This document shows, in pieces, positions 18,572 through 29,165 of a DNA stretch of 64,000 nucleotides. The position numbers and the translations under genes are program-made. Origin of the DNA: Rickettsiales bacterium. GTDB lineage: Bacteria; Pseudomonadota; Alphaproteobacteria; Rickettsiales; CANDYO01. Position 1 is the first letter of the stretch. Each line of letters opens with the position of its first letter. The stretch spans positions 22,924-86,923 of the forward strand of contig JBASGW010000073.1 in assembly GCA_049653745.1 (NCBI GenBank), read 5' to 3'. The notes below the pieces were generated by a model. The model ran no database searches. It saw only the letters and a program-made list of their open reading frames with translations, and was not told the DNA's origin.

Positions 18572-19723
18572 TTATAGTATTAAATCCATTTCTAGTTGGT
18601 CTGCTAACTTTATTAATCCAGAATTATTAAATTCTATGGAAGTTATATTTTCTTCTTTGAGCGCTAAAATAGATTCCGCATAAATAGATTCAATTTGCTT
18701 TGATGATGGAAAAATATCGAAGTTTTTAGTCAGAATCAATTCTTGCGCAGCCTCTAATGGTTTTGTGCTTAGGTGCATCATACCTTGTTCTTGAAAATAA
18801 TAAGCAAGTTCTAGAGGGGCGGATATTATAGACTTAACTTCAGGAGTTTTGCAATCCATCATATCTTTATGCATTGAAGAAAAATGCAGTTTTGAAATAT
18901 TTGCTAGTTTAAAAGTGTCATAATTGCGTAAGTTATGTATTCCGAGGTTTTGAGCTAAATTATTAACAAATTTGATTACATACAAAATATAATTTTGATT
19001 TTCTTTGGCCTCAAATACATAGCCATTGGTTTGATTAAGAAGGGCTGACATCACATTTATTGATAAAGCAAATTGTAGTTTTTCTAATATTGCTTTGCTA
19101 ATATTTTTATTATAATTGCTATTAATATTAGCTTTATCAAATATTTGATTAATTAGTTCTAGTGATTCTTCATTAGTAAATTGACTGCCAACATCAACTT
19201 TAATTTTACTTAATGGGGTGGTAATCTTTACCACAGCTGGTGATTCGAGATGCGATCCCATTAAAGGAATAATAGTTATGATGTTTCTGCTAGATAATAT
19301 TTGATTAATTTCGCCTTCGGGATCTATAGTTTGGAGATGAGTTTTATTAGCTAGAGATGTGTATTTTAAGAAATAAAAAGGTATCCCATTACTAATAAAG
19401 CCAATCATAGAATGTTCATCAGTTAAATTAACTATTTGCTTAGCAATTTCTAAATTGAAATCAGTTTGTTTTAAACTCACAATTAATAAATCTTGTTTTG
19501 TTACTAAAGAGGAATAATTATATGCGCCAATGTAAGTGAAATTCAGGTTGGGAGTAAAATAGATGCCATTATCTGTTTTGAGAGTTAAGCCAGATTCACT
19601 TATTTGCTGTAAGTTTTTGCTATGCTCTTTGCCTACAATTGAAACTTGATTGCCAGCAGCTGCAAGATTATAAGCGAAATATGATCCAATCGCTCCAGTT
19701 CCGCCAATGATAGTTATAAGCAT
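18572..19723 (-). CDS. Ketopantoate reductase (ApbA/PanE)-family oxidoreductase, atypically long
   Basis: N-terminal Rossmann 'MLITIIGGTGAIGSYFAYNLAAAG'. C-terminal 'SSMHKDMMDCKTPEV' resembles the PanE_C motif. 383 aa. Confidence 0.5.
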   Translation of the reverse strand: MLITIIGGTGAIGSYFAYNLAAAGNQVSIVGKEHSKNLQQISESGLTLKTDNGIYFTPNLNFTYIGAYNYSSLVTKQDLLIVSLKQTDFNLEIAKQIVNLTDEHSMIGFISNGIPFYFLKYTSLANKTHLQTIDPEGEINQILSSRNIITIIPLMGSHLESPAVVKITTPLSKIKVDVGSQFTNEESLELINQIFDKANINSNYNKNISKAILEKLQFALSINVMSALLNQTNGYVFEAKENQNYILYVIKFVNNLAQNLGIHNLRNYDTFKLANISKLHFSSMHKDMMDCKTPEVKSIISAPLELAYYFQEQGMMHLSTKPLEAAQELILTKNFDIFPSSKQIESIYAESILALKEENITSIEFNNSGLIKLADQLEMDLIL

Positions 19724-19889
19724 ATTATTTTGTATAGCAGGATATTAGCAATATTAAAGATTATTAATATCTAAGACCCATTTGTCAATTTTAAATTATG
19801 CTTGAAATAATTAATATTTTATTGGTAGGAAAAAAATGTTACTATTAGTTATATTGAGGTGTTTAAAGCTATTAAAAGGATATATGTAA

Positions 19890-22556
19890 ATGTTTGGAAA
19901 AGATCAATTAGAAGTAAAGCAAGACTTAAAAGTTGAAGGAAGAAGTTATAAATATTTTAGCCTAATTGAAGCTGGAAAGAAATTAGGTGTAGATCTTAGC
20001 AGGATGCCTTTTTCTTTAAAAATTATTTTAGAGAATTTACTTCGTTTTGAAGATAATAAAGCAGTTACAATTGATGATATTAAAGCTTGTGTTAGCTGGT
20101 TAAAAAATAGAAAAATTGATCATGAAATTGCCTACACTCCTGCCCGGGTTTTAATGCAAGACTTCACCGGAGTTCCTGCAGTGGTAGATTTGGCAGCTAT
20201 GCGCGATGCGATGGTGGCTCTAGGTGGTGATCCACTTAAAATTAATCCACTTTCTGCGGTAGATTTGGTTATTGACCATTCTGTTCAAGTGGATAAATTT
20301 GGTTCAAGTTCAGCTTTCCAAGATAATGTTGCAAAAGAATTTGAAAGAAATTCTGAGAGGTATGAATTTCTGCGTTGGGGACAAAAGGCTTTTAGTAATT
20401 TTAGAGTTGTGCCTCCAGGAACTGGTATTTGTCACCAAGTAAATTTAGAATATTTATCACAAGTTGTGTGGGTTAAAGATGATTATGCTTACCCTGACAC
20501 TTTGGTGGGTACAGATAGTCATACAACTATGGTTAATGGTTTGGCGGTATTAGGTTGGGGAGTTGGTGGAATTGAAGCTGAAGCGGTGATGTTAGGGCAG
20601 CCCATGTCTATGCTAATTCCAGAAGTGATTGGGGTAAAATTAACAGGTAAAATGCTTGAAGGAACAACCGCTACCGACTTGGTTTTAACTATAACTCAAA
20701 TGCTTCGTGCAAAAGATGTAGTAAATAAATTTGTAGAATTTTATGGCCCTGGTTTAGATAGTTTATCATTAGCTGATAGAGCTACAATTGCCAATATGGC
20801 GCCTGAATATGGAGCAACTTGTGGATTCTTCCCTATTGATAAAGAAACAATTCGTTACTTAGAGCTGTCTTCACGTGAGCCTCATCAAATAAAATTAGTG
20901 GAGACTTATGCTAAAGCTCAAGGCTTATGGAGAGATAGCGATGCAGTTGAGCCCGTATTTACTGATAGTTTAGAATTGAATTTATCTAGTGTAGAGTCTT
21001 CAATTGCTGGGCCTAAACGTCCTCAAGATAAAGTAAACTTGAACAAAGGACCGGAATCTTTCATTAAAGAATTACCTTCCATGGTTAAATCTAATCTAAG
21101 TCTGGAGAGAGAGGCTATTGTTAGAGGAGAAAATTATAAATTAGCTAATGGAGATATAGCAATTGCAGCAATCACTAGCTGCACTAACACCTCTAATCCG
21201 AGTGTTATGTTAGCAGCCGGGCTAGTAGCTAAGAAGGCGGTAGAGTTAGGTTTAAGTGTTAAGCCTTGGGTAAAAACTTCGCTCGCCCCTGGTTCACAAG
21301 TGGTGTCTGAATATTTAGAAAATAGTGGCTTGCAAGTTTATCTAGATAAAATAGGTTTCAATGTGGTGGGTTATGGCTGCACTACATGTATTGGTAATTC
21401 AGGTCCATTAAAACCAGAAATTGAAGAATCAATCCAGCAAAATGATGTGGTTGTGGCTGCGGTATTATCAGGAAATCGCAATTTTGAAGGCAGAATTCAT
21501 CCACTTGTTAAGGCAAGCTATTTGGCGTCTCCTCCGTTGGTGGTGGCATATGCCTTGGCGGGTTCGATGCAAATTAATTTAACTACAGATGCTATAGGCA
21601 TTGATAAACAAGGAAAAGAAGTTTATCTCAAAGATATTTGGCCAAGTAATCAAGAAATTAGAGAGATTGTAGAAAAATCAGTGCAATCTAAGATGTTTAA
21701 AGAAAAATATGCTCAAGTATTTACAGGTGATGAATTATGGCAAAAAATTAAAGTAAATGAAGGGGTAAGTTATTCTTGGAATGCAAGCAGCACTTATGTG
21801 GCAAATCCTCCATATTTTGAGGGTATGGCTTTAAAACATGGAAGATTATCAGATATTAAAGCTGCTAAGATTCTAGCTGTATTTGGTAACAGCATCACCA
21901 CAGATCATATATCACCAGCTGGCAATATTGCTAAAACTTCACCGGCTGCTAAATATTTGATGGAAAGAGGAGTTTCTTCACAAGATTTCAATTCTTATGG
22001 TGCAAGAAGAGGGCATCATGAGGTGATGATGCGTGGAACTTTTGCTAATATTAGAATTAAAAACTTATTAGCGCCAGGAACTGAAGGTGGAGTAACTAAA
22101 TATTCTCCAACAAACGAGATTATAAGCATTTATGATGCAGCAATGAAATATAAACAAGAAGATCGAAGTTTAATTATTATGGCTGGCAAAGAATATGGCA
22201 CAGGGTCATCAAGAGATTGGGCAGCTAAAGGAACTTTCTTATTGGGTGTTAAGGCGGTTATTGCTGAAAGTTTTGAAAGAATTCATCGCTCTAATCTTGT
22301 TCTAATGGGTGTGTTGCCGCTAGTTTTTAAAGATGGGATGACTAATCAAGATTTGAGGCTTGATGGTTCAGAAGAATTTGATATTGAAGTTTTAAGTGGT
22401 GAAATAAAGCCAAAAATGGATGTTATTTGTAAAATTAAGCGCTCTAATGGAAAAGTTGAACAAATAATATTGCAATCAAGAATAGATACGGTTAATGAAA
22501 TTGACTACATCAATCATGGTGGAATTTTACCTTACGTGATTAGACAATTATTGTAA
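19890..22556 (+). CDS. acnA: Aconitate hydratase A
   Basis: 888 aa. 'GTDSHTTM', 'ITSCTNTSNP', 'GCTTCIGNSG', 'NRNFEGR'. Confidence 0.95.
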   Translation: MFGKDQLEVKQDLKVEGRSYKYFSLIEAGKKLGVDLSRMPFSLKIILENLLRFEDNKAVTIDDIKACVSWLKNRKIDHEIAYTPARVLMQDFTGVPAVVDLAAMRDAMVALGGDPLKINPLSAVDLVIDHSVQVDKFGSSSAFQDNVAKEFERNSERYEFLRWGQKAFSNFRVVPPGTGICHQVNLEYLSQVVWVKDDYAYPDTLVGTDSHTTMVNGLAVLGWGVGGIEAEAVMLGQPMSMLIPEVIGVKLTGKMLEGTTATDLVLTITQMLRAKDVVNKFVEFYGPGLDSLSLADRATIANMAPEYGATCGFFPIDKETIRYLELSSREPHQIKLVETYAKAQGLWRDSDAVEPVFTDSLELNLSSVESSIAGPKRPQDKVNLNKGPESFIKELPSMVKSNLSLEREAIVRGENYKLANGDIAIAAITSCTNTSNPSVMLAAGLVAKKAVELGLSVKPWVKTSLAPGSQVVSEYLENSGLQVYLDKIGFNVVGYGCTTCIGNSGPLKPEIEESIQQNDVVVAAVLSGNRNFEGRIHPLVKASYLASPPLVVAYALAGSMQINLTTDAIGIDKQGKEVYLKDIWPSNQEIREIVEKSVQSKMFKEKYAQVFTGDELWQKIKVNEGVSYSWNASSTYVANPPYFEGMALKHGRLSDIKAAKILAVFGNSITTDHISPAGNIAKTSPAAKYLMERGVSSQDFNSYGARRGHHEVMMRGTFANIRIKNLLAPGTEGGVTKYSPTNEIISIYDAAMKYKQEDRSLIIMAGKEYGTGSSRDWAAKGTFLLGVKAVIAESFERIHRSNLVLMGVLPLVFKDGMTNQDLRLDGSEEFDIEVLSGEIKPKMDVICKIKRSNGKVEQIILQSRIDTVNEIDYINHGGILPYVIRQLL

Positions 22557-22601
22557 TAAAATAAGGTAGTGCAACATAAATGAAGTCTTTGGTAGTAAGT
22601 T

Positions 22602-22817
22602 ATGTTTAAAAGAATATGGGAAAAAATAAAATCTTTTGTAGATAAATGGCAAGCAGATAAAAATTATAAAAAAGCGGCCAAAGCTGCAGGATGGGGGTCA
22701 GAGAATGATCCCGTTAAGCAACCAGAGAAAAAAAGAACCTCTTGGTTTAGGCCTAGCAAAACTCCTCATATTAAAGATAATGGAAGGAATAATTCAGGAA
22801 AACATTTTATTAATTAA
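22602..22817 (+). CDS. Small basic hypothetical protein
   Basis: 71-aa ORF with no recognisable motif. Coding status is uncertain. Confidence 0.25.
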   Translation: MFKRIWEKIKSFVDKWQADKNYKKAAKAAGWGSENDPVKQPEKKRTSWFRPSKTPHIKDNGRNNSGKHFIN

Positions 22818-22865
22818 AGTGGTTTAAGAAGAGCGTTGATATAATATAACAGATTATAAATTCTC

Positions 22866-24146
22866 TTAAATCCATGATTCAATCCAACTTTTGGCATAAT
22901 TAAATATCCAAATAGTTAAAGATTTTAAAAGTGCTGGCATTGAGATTGCATCTTCTTCTGCGGGAAGAGTTGGAATAATTTTAGCATCTTTTTGTAATTT
23001 GCTATATTCATTAAGAATAATTGCCATATGAGCATCAATATCTTCTGCAGCAAGATTATTTTGAACAAAATGAGTGGCATTTTTACTTATTTTATGAAGT
23101 TCTTTATCATGAGTTTTTATCCATTCAAGTTGAGAAAAAATATCAGTTAAGCGCGCATTAACTGGAATGTAATGTACATAGGGTTCCATAGCAGGATAAA
23201 ACCATTGCATATTAGAGGTTTCTTGCTTTAAAAGAGCGGAGTTAGACAGCATGATCCAAGGAATTCTTACCCAGGGACAAGTATTGCCATCGATTGAAAT
23301 TAAGTATTTATATTTAAGATGATCCTCTTCTTTTACTTTGTGTAATTTTTCTTCAAGCAAGATATCAAGTAATTTTCTTAAACTTTGACCTTTTGAATCA
23401 AATGCAGATTTCATATAATAGGTAAATTGAGCGTCAATTAGATCTGGATATAGTTTAGAAAGAATAACCAAGCTTAGGCGGGGTAATTTATCAAAGTTAC
23501 CAATATTATAGGCTCCTTTTGAAAGCCCCGATGTGCCGCCGCGCCAAAAGATTTTATCGATTTTATTCTCCCAAGAATATTCTATCTTGGAGTTAGCGAT
23601 GGTGATTCTGTTTATCAATTTACTCCAGCTTGGATGAAGCATGAAAGCATCTGGTAGTAAAAGCATATCTTTTTCATATTCAGACAGAGTATTTTTAGAA
23701 TTCATAAAAGCTGGAACATTTAAAGTGAGTTTTTCAAGTCCATTACTAAGAGGAATTTCGTCTCTAGTATAAATAATAAAATCAACATCATTAACTTTAT
23801 ATTTTTTTACAAATTTCTGAAAGTAATGAAAAAATGCAGTAAAGTATGGATGAGTGACATCGGAGCTATCGGCATAAATTTTTTGATTTATAATTTGAAA
23901 TCTAGAGATAGAAAAGGCCTCTCTTGCTTGTTTATTATTCCATAATTTATCAATCTGTGCTTGAGTAACTCCGGCTTCTCTTCTGCTATCAAATTGATGA
24001 GTTATAAAGTTAACTATTTTTTTGCGTTCAATAGAGGGGTTCTCTATTAAAAAATGTTCGGCATCTATAATTTTAAGATGATCACTAGCTTTAAGGCAAT
24101 TACCAAGAAGTATAATAAGTAATATTAAGATGAGTTTAATCTTCAT
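22866..24146 (-). CDS. Secreted/periplasmic glycosyltransferase family 90 (CAP10 / POGLUT-KDELC-like) protein
   Basis: Signal peptide 'MKIKLILILLIILLGNCLKAS'. 'KIFWRGGTSG', 'YKYLISIDGNTCPWVRIPWIMLSNSALLKQ' and 'PYVHYIPV' follow the Glyco_transf_90 pattern as I remember it. Confidence 0.7.
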   Translation of the reverse strand: MKIKLILILLIILLGNCLKASDHLKIIDAEHFLIENPSIERKKIVNFITHQFDSRREAGVTQAQIDKLWNNKQAREAFSISRFQIINQKIYADSSDVTHPYFTAFFHYFQKFVKKYKVNDVDFIIYTRDEIPLSNGLEKLTLNVPAFMNSKNTLSEYEKDMLLLPDAFMLHPSWSKLINRITIANSKIEYSWENKIDKIFWRGGTSGLSKGAYNIGNFDKLPRLSLVILSKLYPDLIDAQFTYYMKSAFDSKGQSLRKLLDILLEEKLHKVKEEDHLKYKYLISIDGNTCPWVRIPWIMLSNSALLKQETSNMQWFYPAMEPYVHYIPVNARLTDIFSQLEWIKTHDKELHKISKNATHFVQNNLAAEDIDAHMAIILNEYSKLQKDAKIIPTLPAEEDAISMPALLKSLTIWIFNYAKSWIESWI

Positions 24147-24246
24147 ATATTGAACTATTAGTTATGTTTTTCTTTTATATTTATAAAATGTAAGTTGGAT
24201 GAATGCAAAATATATTATTGCCACCATTGAGCAAGCGTGATATTTT

Positions 24247-24855
24247 ATGATAATTAATTTTGCGGTAAATTTAGTAAAAGGAATTTTAAAGCTAGTGACT
24301 CAATATTTTACCCACACAGTAAAATTATATTCTAGTTCTTTATTTACATACGCAATAGAGAATAACTTAGTTTCTAAGATTCTTGAGGATATTGAGAAGA
24401 TAGAAAATAATTTATTATCTGATGAATCTCTAATTAAAAGCATAGCAGCTCCAATATTTTCAGAAGATGAGCAGCATCAAATAATTTCAAGTATTACAGC
24501 AAAGCTAAAGTTAGTCCCTGAAACTATAAATTTTATTGATTTGCTTGCTAAAAATAAAAGGCTTAAACTGTTAAAAAATATTTTAGACTTATTTAAAATT
24601 CTAGCCATTGAGAGTTCGGGAACCAAGATTGTTGATGTTACTTTAAGTGAAAATCTTTCATCTGCAAAACAAGATGCAGTGAAATTGCAGCTTGAAAACA
24701 TTCTTGCTAGTAATCTTATAATTAACTTTAAGCAAGATCCTGCTATTATTAGCGGCATTATTGTTAAATTTAATAATAAAATGCTAGATGCTTCTTTAAA
24801 AACTAAATTTACTAACTTAACTAACGCAATGGCAAAAGAAATAGCTTTACTGTAG
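24247..24855 (+). CDS. atpH: F1 ATP synthase subunit delta (OSCP)
   Basis: Position ahead of atpA. '[14 protein letters not shown]' matches the typical delta N-terminal '..YA.ALF..A'. The start is uncertain; GTG near 24295 would give a more typical length. Confidence 0.75.
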   Translation: MIINFAVNLVKGILKLVTQYFTHTVKLYSSSLFTYAIENNLVSKILEDIEKIENNLLSDESLIKSIAAPIFSEDEQHQIISSITAKLKLVPETINFIDLLAKNKRLKLLKNILDLFKILAIESSGTKIVDVTLSENLSSAKQDAVKLQLENILASNLIINFKQDPAIISGIIVKFNNKMLDASLKTKFTNLTNAMAKEIALL

Positions 24856-24872
24856 AGGAGATAGAATCAATT

Positions 24873-26420
24873 ATGGATATAAATACATCCGAAGTTTCAA
24901 AAATTATAAAAGAAAATATAGCTAACTTAGGAAAATCTGTTGAGTATAGTGAAGTTGGTGAAGTTATTAAAGTTGGTGATGGTATTGCAAGAGTATATGG
25001 CCTTGAAAATGTTCAGGCTGGAGAAATGGTTGAGTTTAGTAATAAAATTGTTGGTATGGCTCTAAATTTAGAGTCTGATAACGTTGGTGTAGTGATTTTT
25101 GGCAATGATAGCCATATTAAAGAAGGTGATATTGTTAAGCGAACTAAGAATATTATGCAAGTTCCAACAGGAAAGGGGCTTTTAGGAAGGGTTCTTGATA
25201 CTTTAGGCAATCCAATAGATGGTTTAGGCCCTATAAAAGGAGAAGTTACTTATAAAAAGTTAGATGTTAAAGCTCCTGGTATTATTGCAAGAAAATCTGT
25301 GCATGAGCCTGTGCAAACAGGAATTAAGGCAATAGATGCTTTAATTCCGATAGGTAGAGGGCAAAGAGAGTTAATAATTGGCGATCGCCAAACCGGTAAA
25401 ACAGCTATTGCTATTGATACTATCATTAACCAGAAATTTATTAATCAAGGTAATGATGAAAGCAAAAAGTTATATTGTGTATATGTAGCCATAGGTCAGA
25501 AAAAATCAACGGTTGCTAAGGTAGTTAAAAAACTTCAGGATGCTGGAGCTTTAGAGTATACAATTATTGTATGCGCTAGTGCTTCTGACCCTGCTCCTAT
25601 ACAATATTTAGCTCCATATGCTGGCTGCACTATGGGTGAATATTTCCGTGATAATGGAATGCATGCTCTAATTATTTACGATGATTTAAGTAAGCATGCC
25701 GTGGCTTATCGTCAGGTTTCTTTGTTGCTCAGAAGGCCGCCAGGACGTGAGGCTTATCCAGGAGATGTATTTTATCTACACTCACGCTTGCTTGAGCGTG
25801 CAGCTAAACTTTCAGATGATTTAGGTGCAGGCTCATTAACAGCTTTACCAATTATTGAAACTCAGGGTGGAGATGTATCTGCCTATATTCCAACAAACGT
25901 AATTTCTATTACCGATGGTCAAATTTTCCTAGAAACTGAATTATTTTATAAGGGAATTCGTCCAGCTATTAACGTTGGTTTATCTGTTAGTAGGGTTGGT
26001 TCAGCGGCTCAAGTTAAAGCCATGAAACAAGTTGCTGGTAGTGTGAAATTAGATTTAGCTCAATTTAGAGAATTACAAGCATTCGCGCAATTTGGATCTG
26101 ACTTAGATCCAGCCACTAAGAAGCTAATTGATCGTGGACAAAAAATGACAGAATTACTAAAACAAGATCAGTTTGCCACCTTGCAGATGGAAGAAGAAGT
26201 TGTAACAATGTATGCAGGGGTTCATGGATATTTAGATATAATTTCAGTTAAGCAAGTGAAAGAATTTGAGCAGGCGTTGTTAAGAGCTCTAAAGGGTAAT
26301 AAAAATAATATTCTTGATTCAATTAGGTCTGAACAAAAAATTACCCCAGAAACTGAAGCTGCTTTAAAAGAAGTGTTAGATAATTTAGTTATTGAATATA
26401 AAGCTAAGGCACAAGCTTAA
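24873..26420 (+). CDS. atpA: F1 ATP synthase subunit alpha
   Basis: Walker A '[11 protein letters not shown]', '[11 protein letters not shown]', '[22 protein letters not shown]'. Confidence 0.97.
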   Translation: MDINTSEVSKIIKENIANLGKSVEYSEVGEVIKVGDGIARVYGLENVQAGEMVEFSNKIVGMALNLESDNVGVVIFGNDSHIKEGDIVKRTKNIMQVPTGKGLLGRVLDTLGNPIDGLGPIKGEVTYKKLDVKAPGIIARKSVHEPVQTGIKAIDALIPIGRGQRELIIGDRQTGKTAIAIDTIINQKFINQGNDESKKLYCVYVAIGQKKSTVAKVVKKLQDAGALEYTIIVCASASDPAPIQYLAPYAGCTMGEYFRDNGMHALIIYDDLSKHAVAYRQVSLLLRRPPGREAYPGDVFYLHSRLLERAAKLSDDLGAGSLTALPIIETQGGDVSAYIPTNVISITDGQIFLETELFYKGIRPAINVGLSVSRVGSAAQVKAMKQVAGSVKLDLAQFRELQAFAQFGSDLDPATKKLIDRGQKMTELLKQDQFATLQMEEEVVTMYAGVHGYLDIISVKQVKEFEQALLRALKGNKNNILDSIRSEQKITPETEAALKEVLDNLVIEYKAKAQA

Positions 26421-27299
26421 ATGAGTAATTTAAAACAATTAAAATTAAGAATAGCAGGAGTTAAATCAACTCAAAAAATTACTAAAGCCATGAAAATGGT
26501 TGCTGCTTCTAAATTACTTAAAGCTCAAGATCAAAGAGATTTATCTAAGACTTATGCAGCAAAGATGAATAATTTAATTGCAAATATCTCGGCCTCGGTT
26601 GTTATTGATAATAACAGTAGTCCATTATTTGCAGGAAATGGTAATGATAAAAAGCATCTTCTGATAGTTGTAAGTTCTGATAAGGGTTTATGTGGAGCAT
26701 TTAATTCACAAATTATTAGAAAGGTGAAGTTGATTGCAAGTAGTTGTATTGCTCAGAATAAGGAATTGAATATATTATTTTTAGGTAAAAAGGCTTATGA
26801 AAGTTTAAAAGATCTTTACTCTGAACATGTTATAGAGGTTATACCTGCATTTAGTAATAATAAATTTAAATATGTTCAGGCAAATGAAGTGGTAGGCAAA
26901 GTTTTAGCTTTATTTAATGATAATAAATTTGATAAATGTAGTATTATTTATACTGAATTTGTTAATGCATTAAAACAAAATATTATGCATAAAAGCTTAA
27001 TCCCAATGATGGATAGTTTGCCAGAAAATGAAGATAAGCAAGAATTTCTATATGAATATGAGCCTAGACAACAAGAAATTTTAGATAAGATGGTGCCAAT
27101 AAATTTAGCTACTCAACTTTATCATGCTATATTAGAATCTATAACTAGTGAGCATGCTTCTAGGATGACGGCTATGGATTCGGCAACTAATAATGCTAAA
27201 GATATGCTTGGTCATTTAACCTTATTATATAATAGGTCGCGCCAAGCAGCGATTACAACAGAATTAATTGAAATTATCTCTAGTGCTGAAGCGCTATAG
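26421..27299 (+). CDS. atpG: F1 ATP synthase subunit gamma
   Basis: 'LKQLKLRIAGVKSTQKITKAMKMVAASKL' N-terminus and 'NRSRQAAITTELIEIISSAEAL' C-terminus. Confidence 0.95.
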   Translation: MSNLKQLKLRIAGVKSTQKITKAMKMVAASKLLKAQDQRDLSKTYAAKMNNLIANISASVVIDNNSSPLFAGNGNDKKHLLIVVSSDKGLCGAFNSQIIRKVKLIASSCIAQNKELNILFLGKKAYESLKDLYSEHVIEVIPAFSNNKFKYVQANEVVGKVLALFNDNKFDKCSIIYTEFVNALKQNIMHKSLIPMMDSLPENEDKQEFLYEYEPRQQEILDKMVPINLATQLYHAILESITSEHASRMTAMDSATNNAKDMLGHLTLLYNRSRQAAITTELIEIISSAEAL

Positions 27300-27313
27300 A
27301 AGTAAAAACTTGA

Positions 27314-28762
<1,449 letters not shown>

Positions 28763-29047
28763 ATGGAAGAAAAAAATATTTCAGATTTGTCAATAAAAGT
28801 AGAGATAATTACTCCTGAAGATATCTTTACTTTTTCTGACGTCTATATGGCGGTAATGCCTGGCAGTGAAGGAGAATTTGGAGTATTGCCAGGGCATATG
28901 TCTTTAATCGCGACTTTAGATTTTGGTGAAATATCTATTTATGATAAATCTATGAAAATAATTAAGCGTGTTACAATTAATGCCGGTATTGCTGATATTA
29001 ATGCTACTTCAGTGTTAATTTTAACTGATCAAGCCATTATACTATAA
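28763..29047 (+). CDS. atpC: F1 ATP synthase subunit epsilon, short form (beta-sandwich only)
   Basis: Position after atpD. 'VEIITPE...MPGSEGEFGVLPGHMSLIATL' is a typical epsilon N-terminal domain. The ORF ends at 94 aa. Confidence 0.85.
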   Translation: MEEKNISDLSIKVEIITPEDIFTFSDVYMAVMPGSEGEFGVLPGHMSLIATLDFGEISIYDKSMKIIKRVTINAGIADINATSVLILTDQAIIL

Positions 29048-29165
29048 CTTGCATAGAATATTGCAATCTATTAACTATCAATAGAATAAGATGTAGACAT
29101 TATCATCCTCTGAGGTATAATTGAGATAATGTTAATTTATGCTTAATTTAATTCATTGATATCCC

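Noticed and set aside
24477-25210. Antisense ORFs within atpH and atpA (24477-24758, 25013-25210). Similar ones lie in virB4, topA, dprA, folC, folP, lepA, mrpD, fabG and the helicase gene.
   Set aside because: All are under 100 aa and embedded antisense or out of frame in strongly supported conserved genes.
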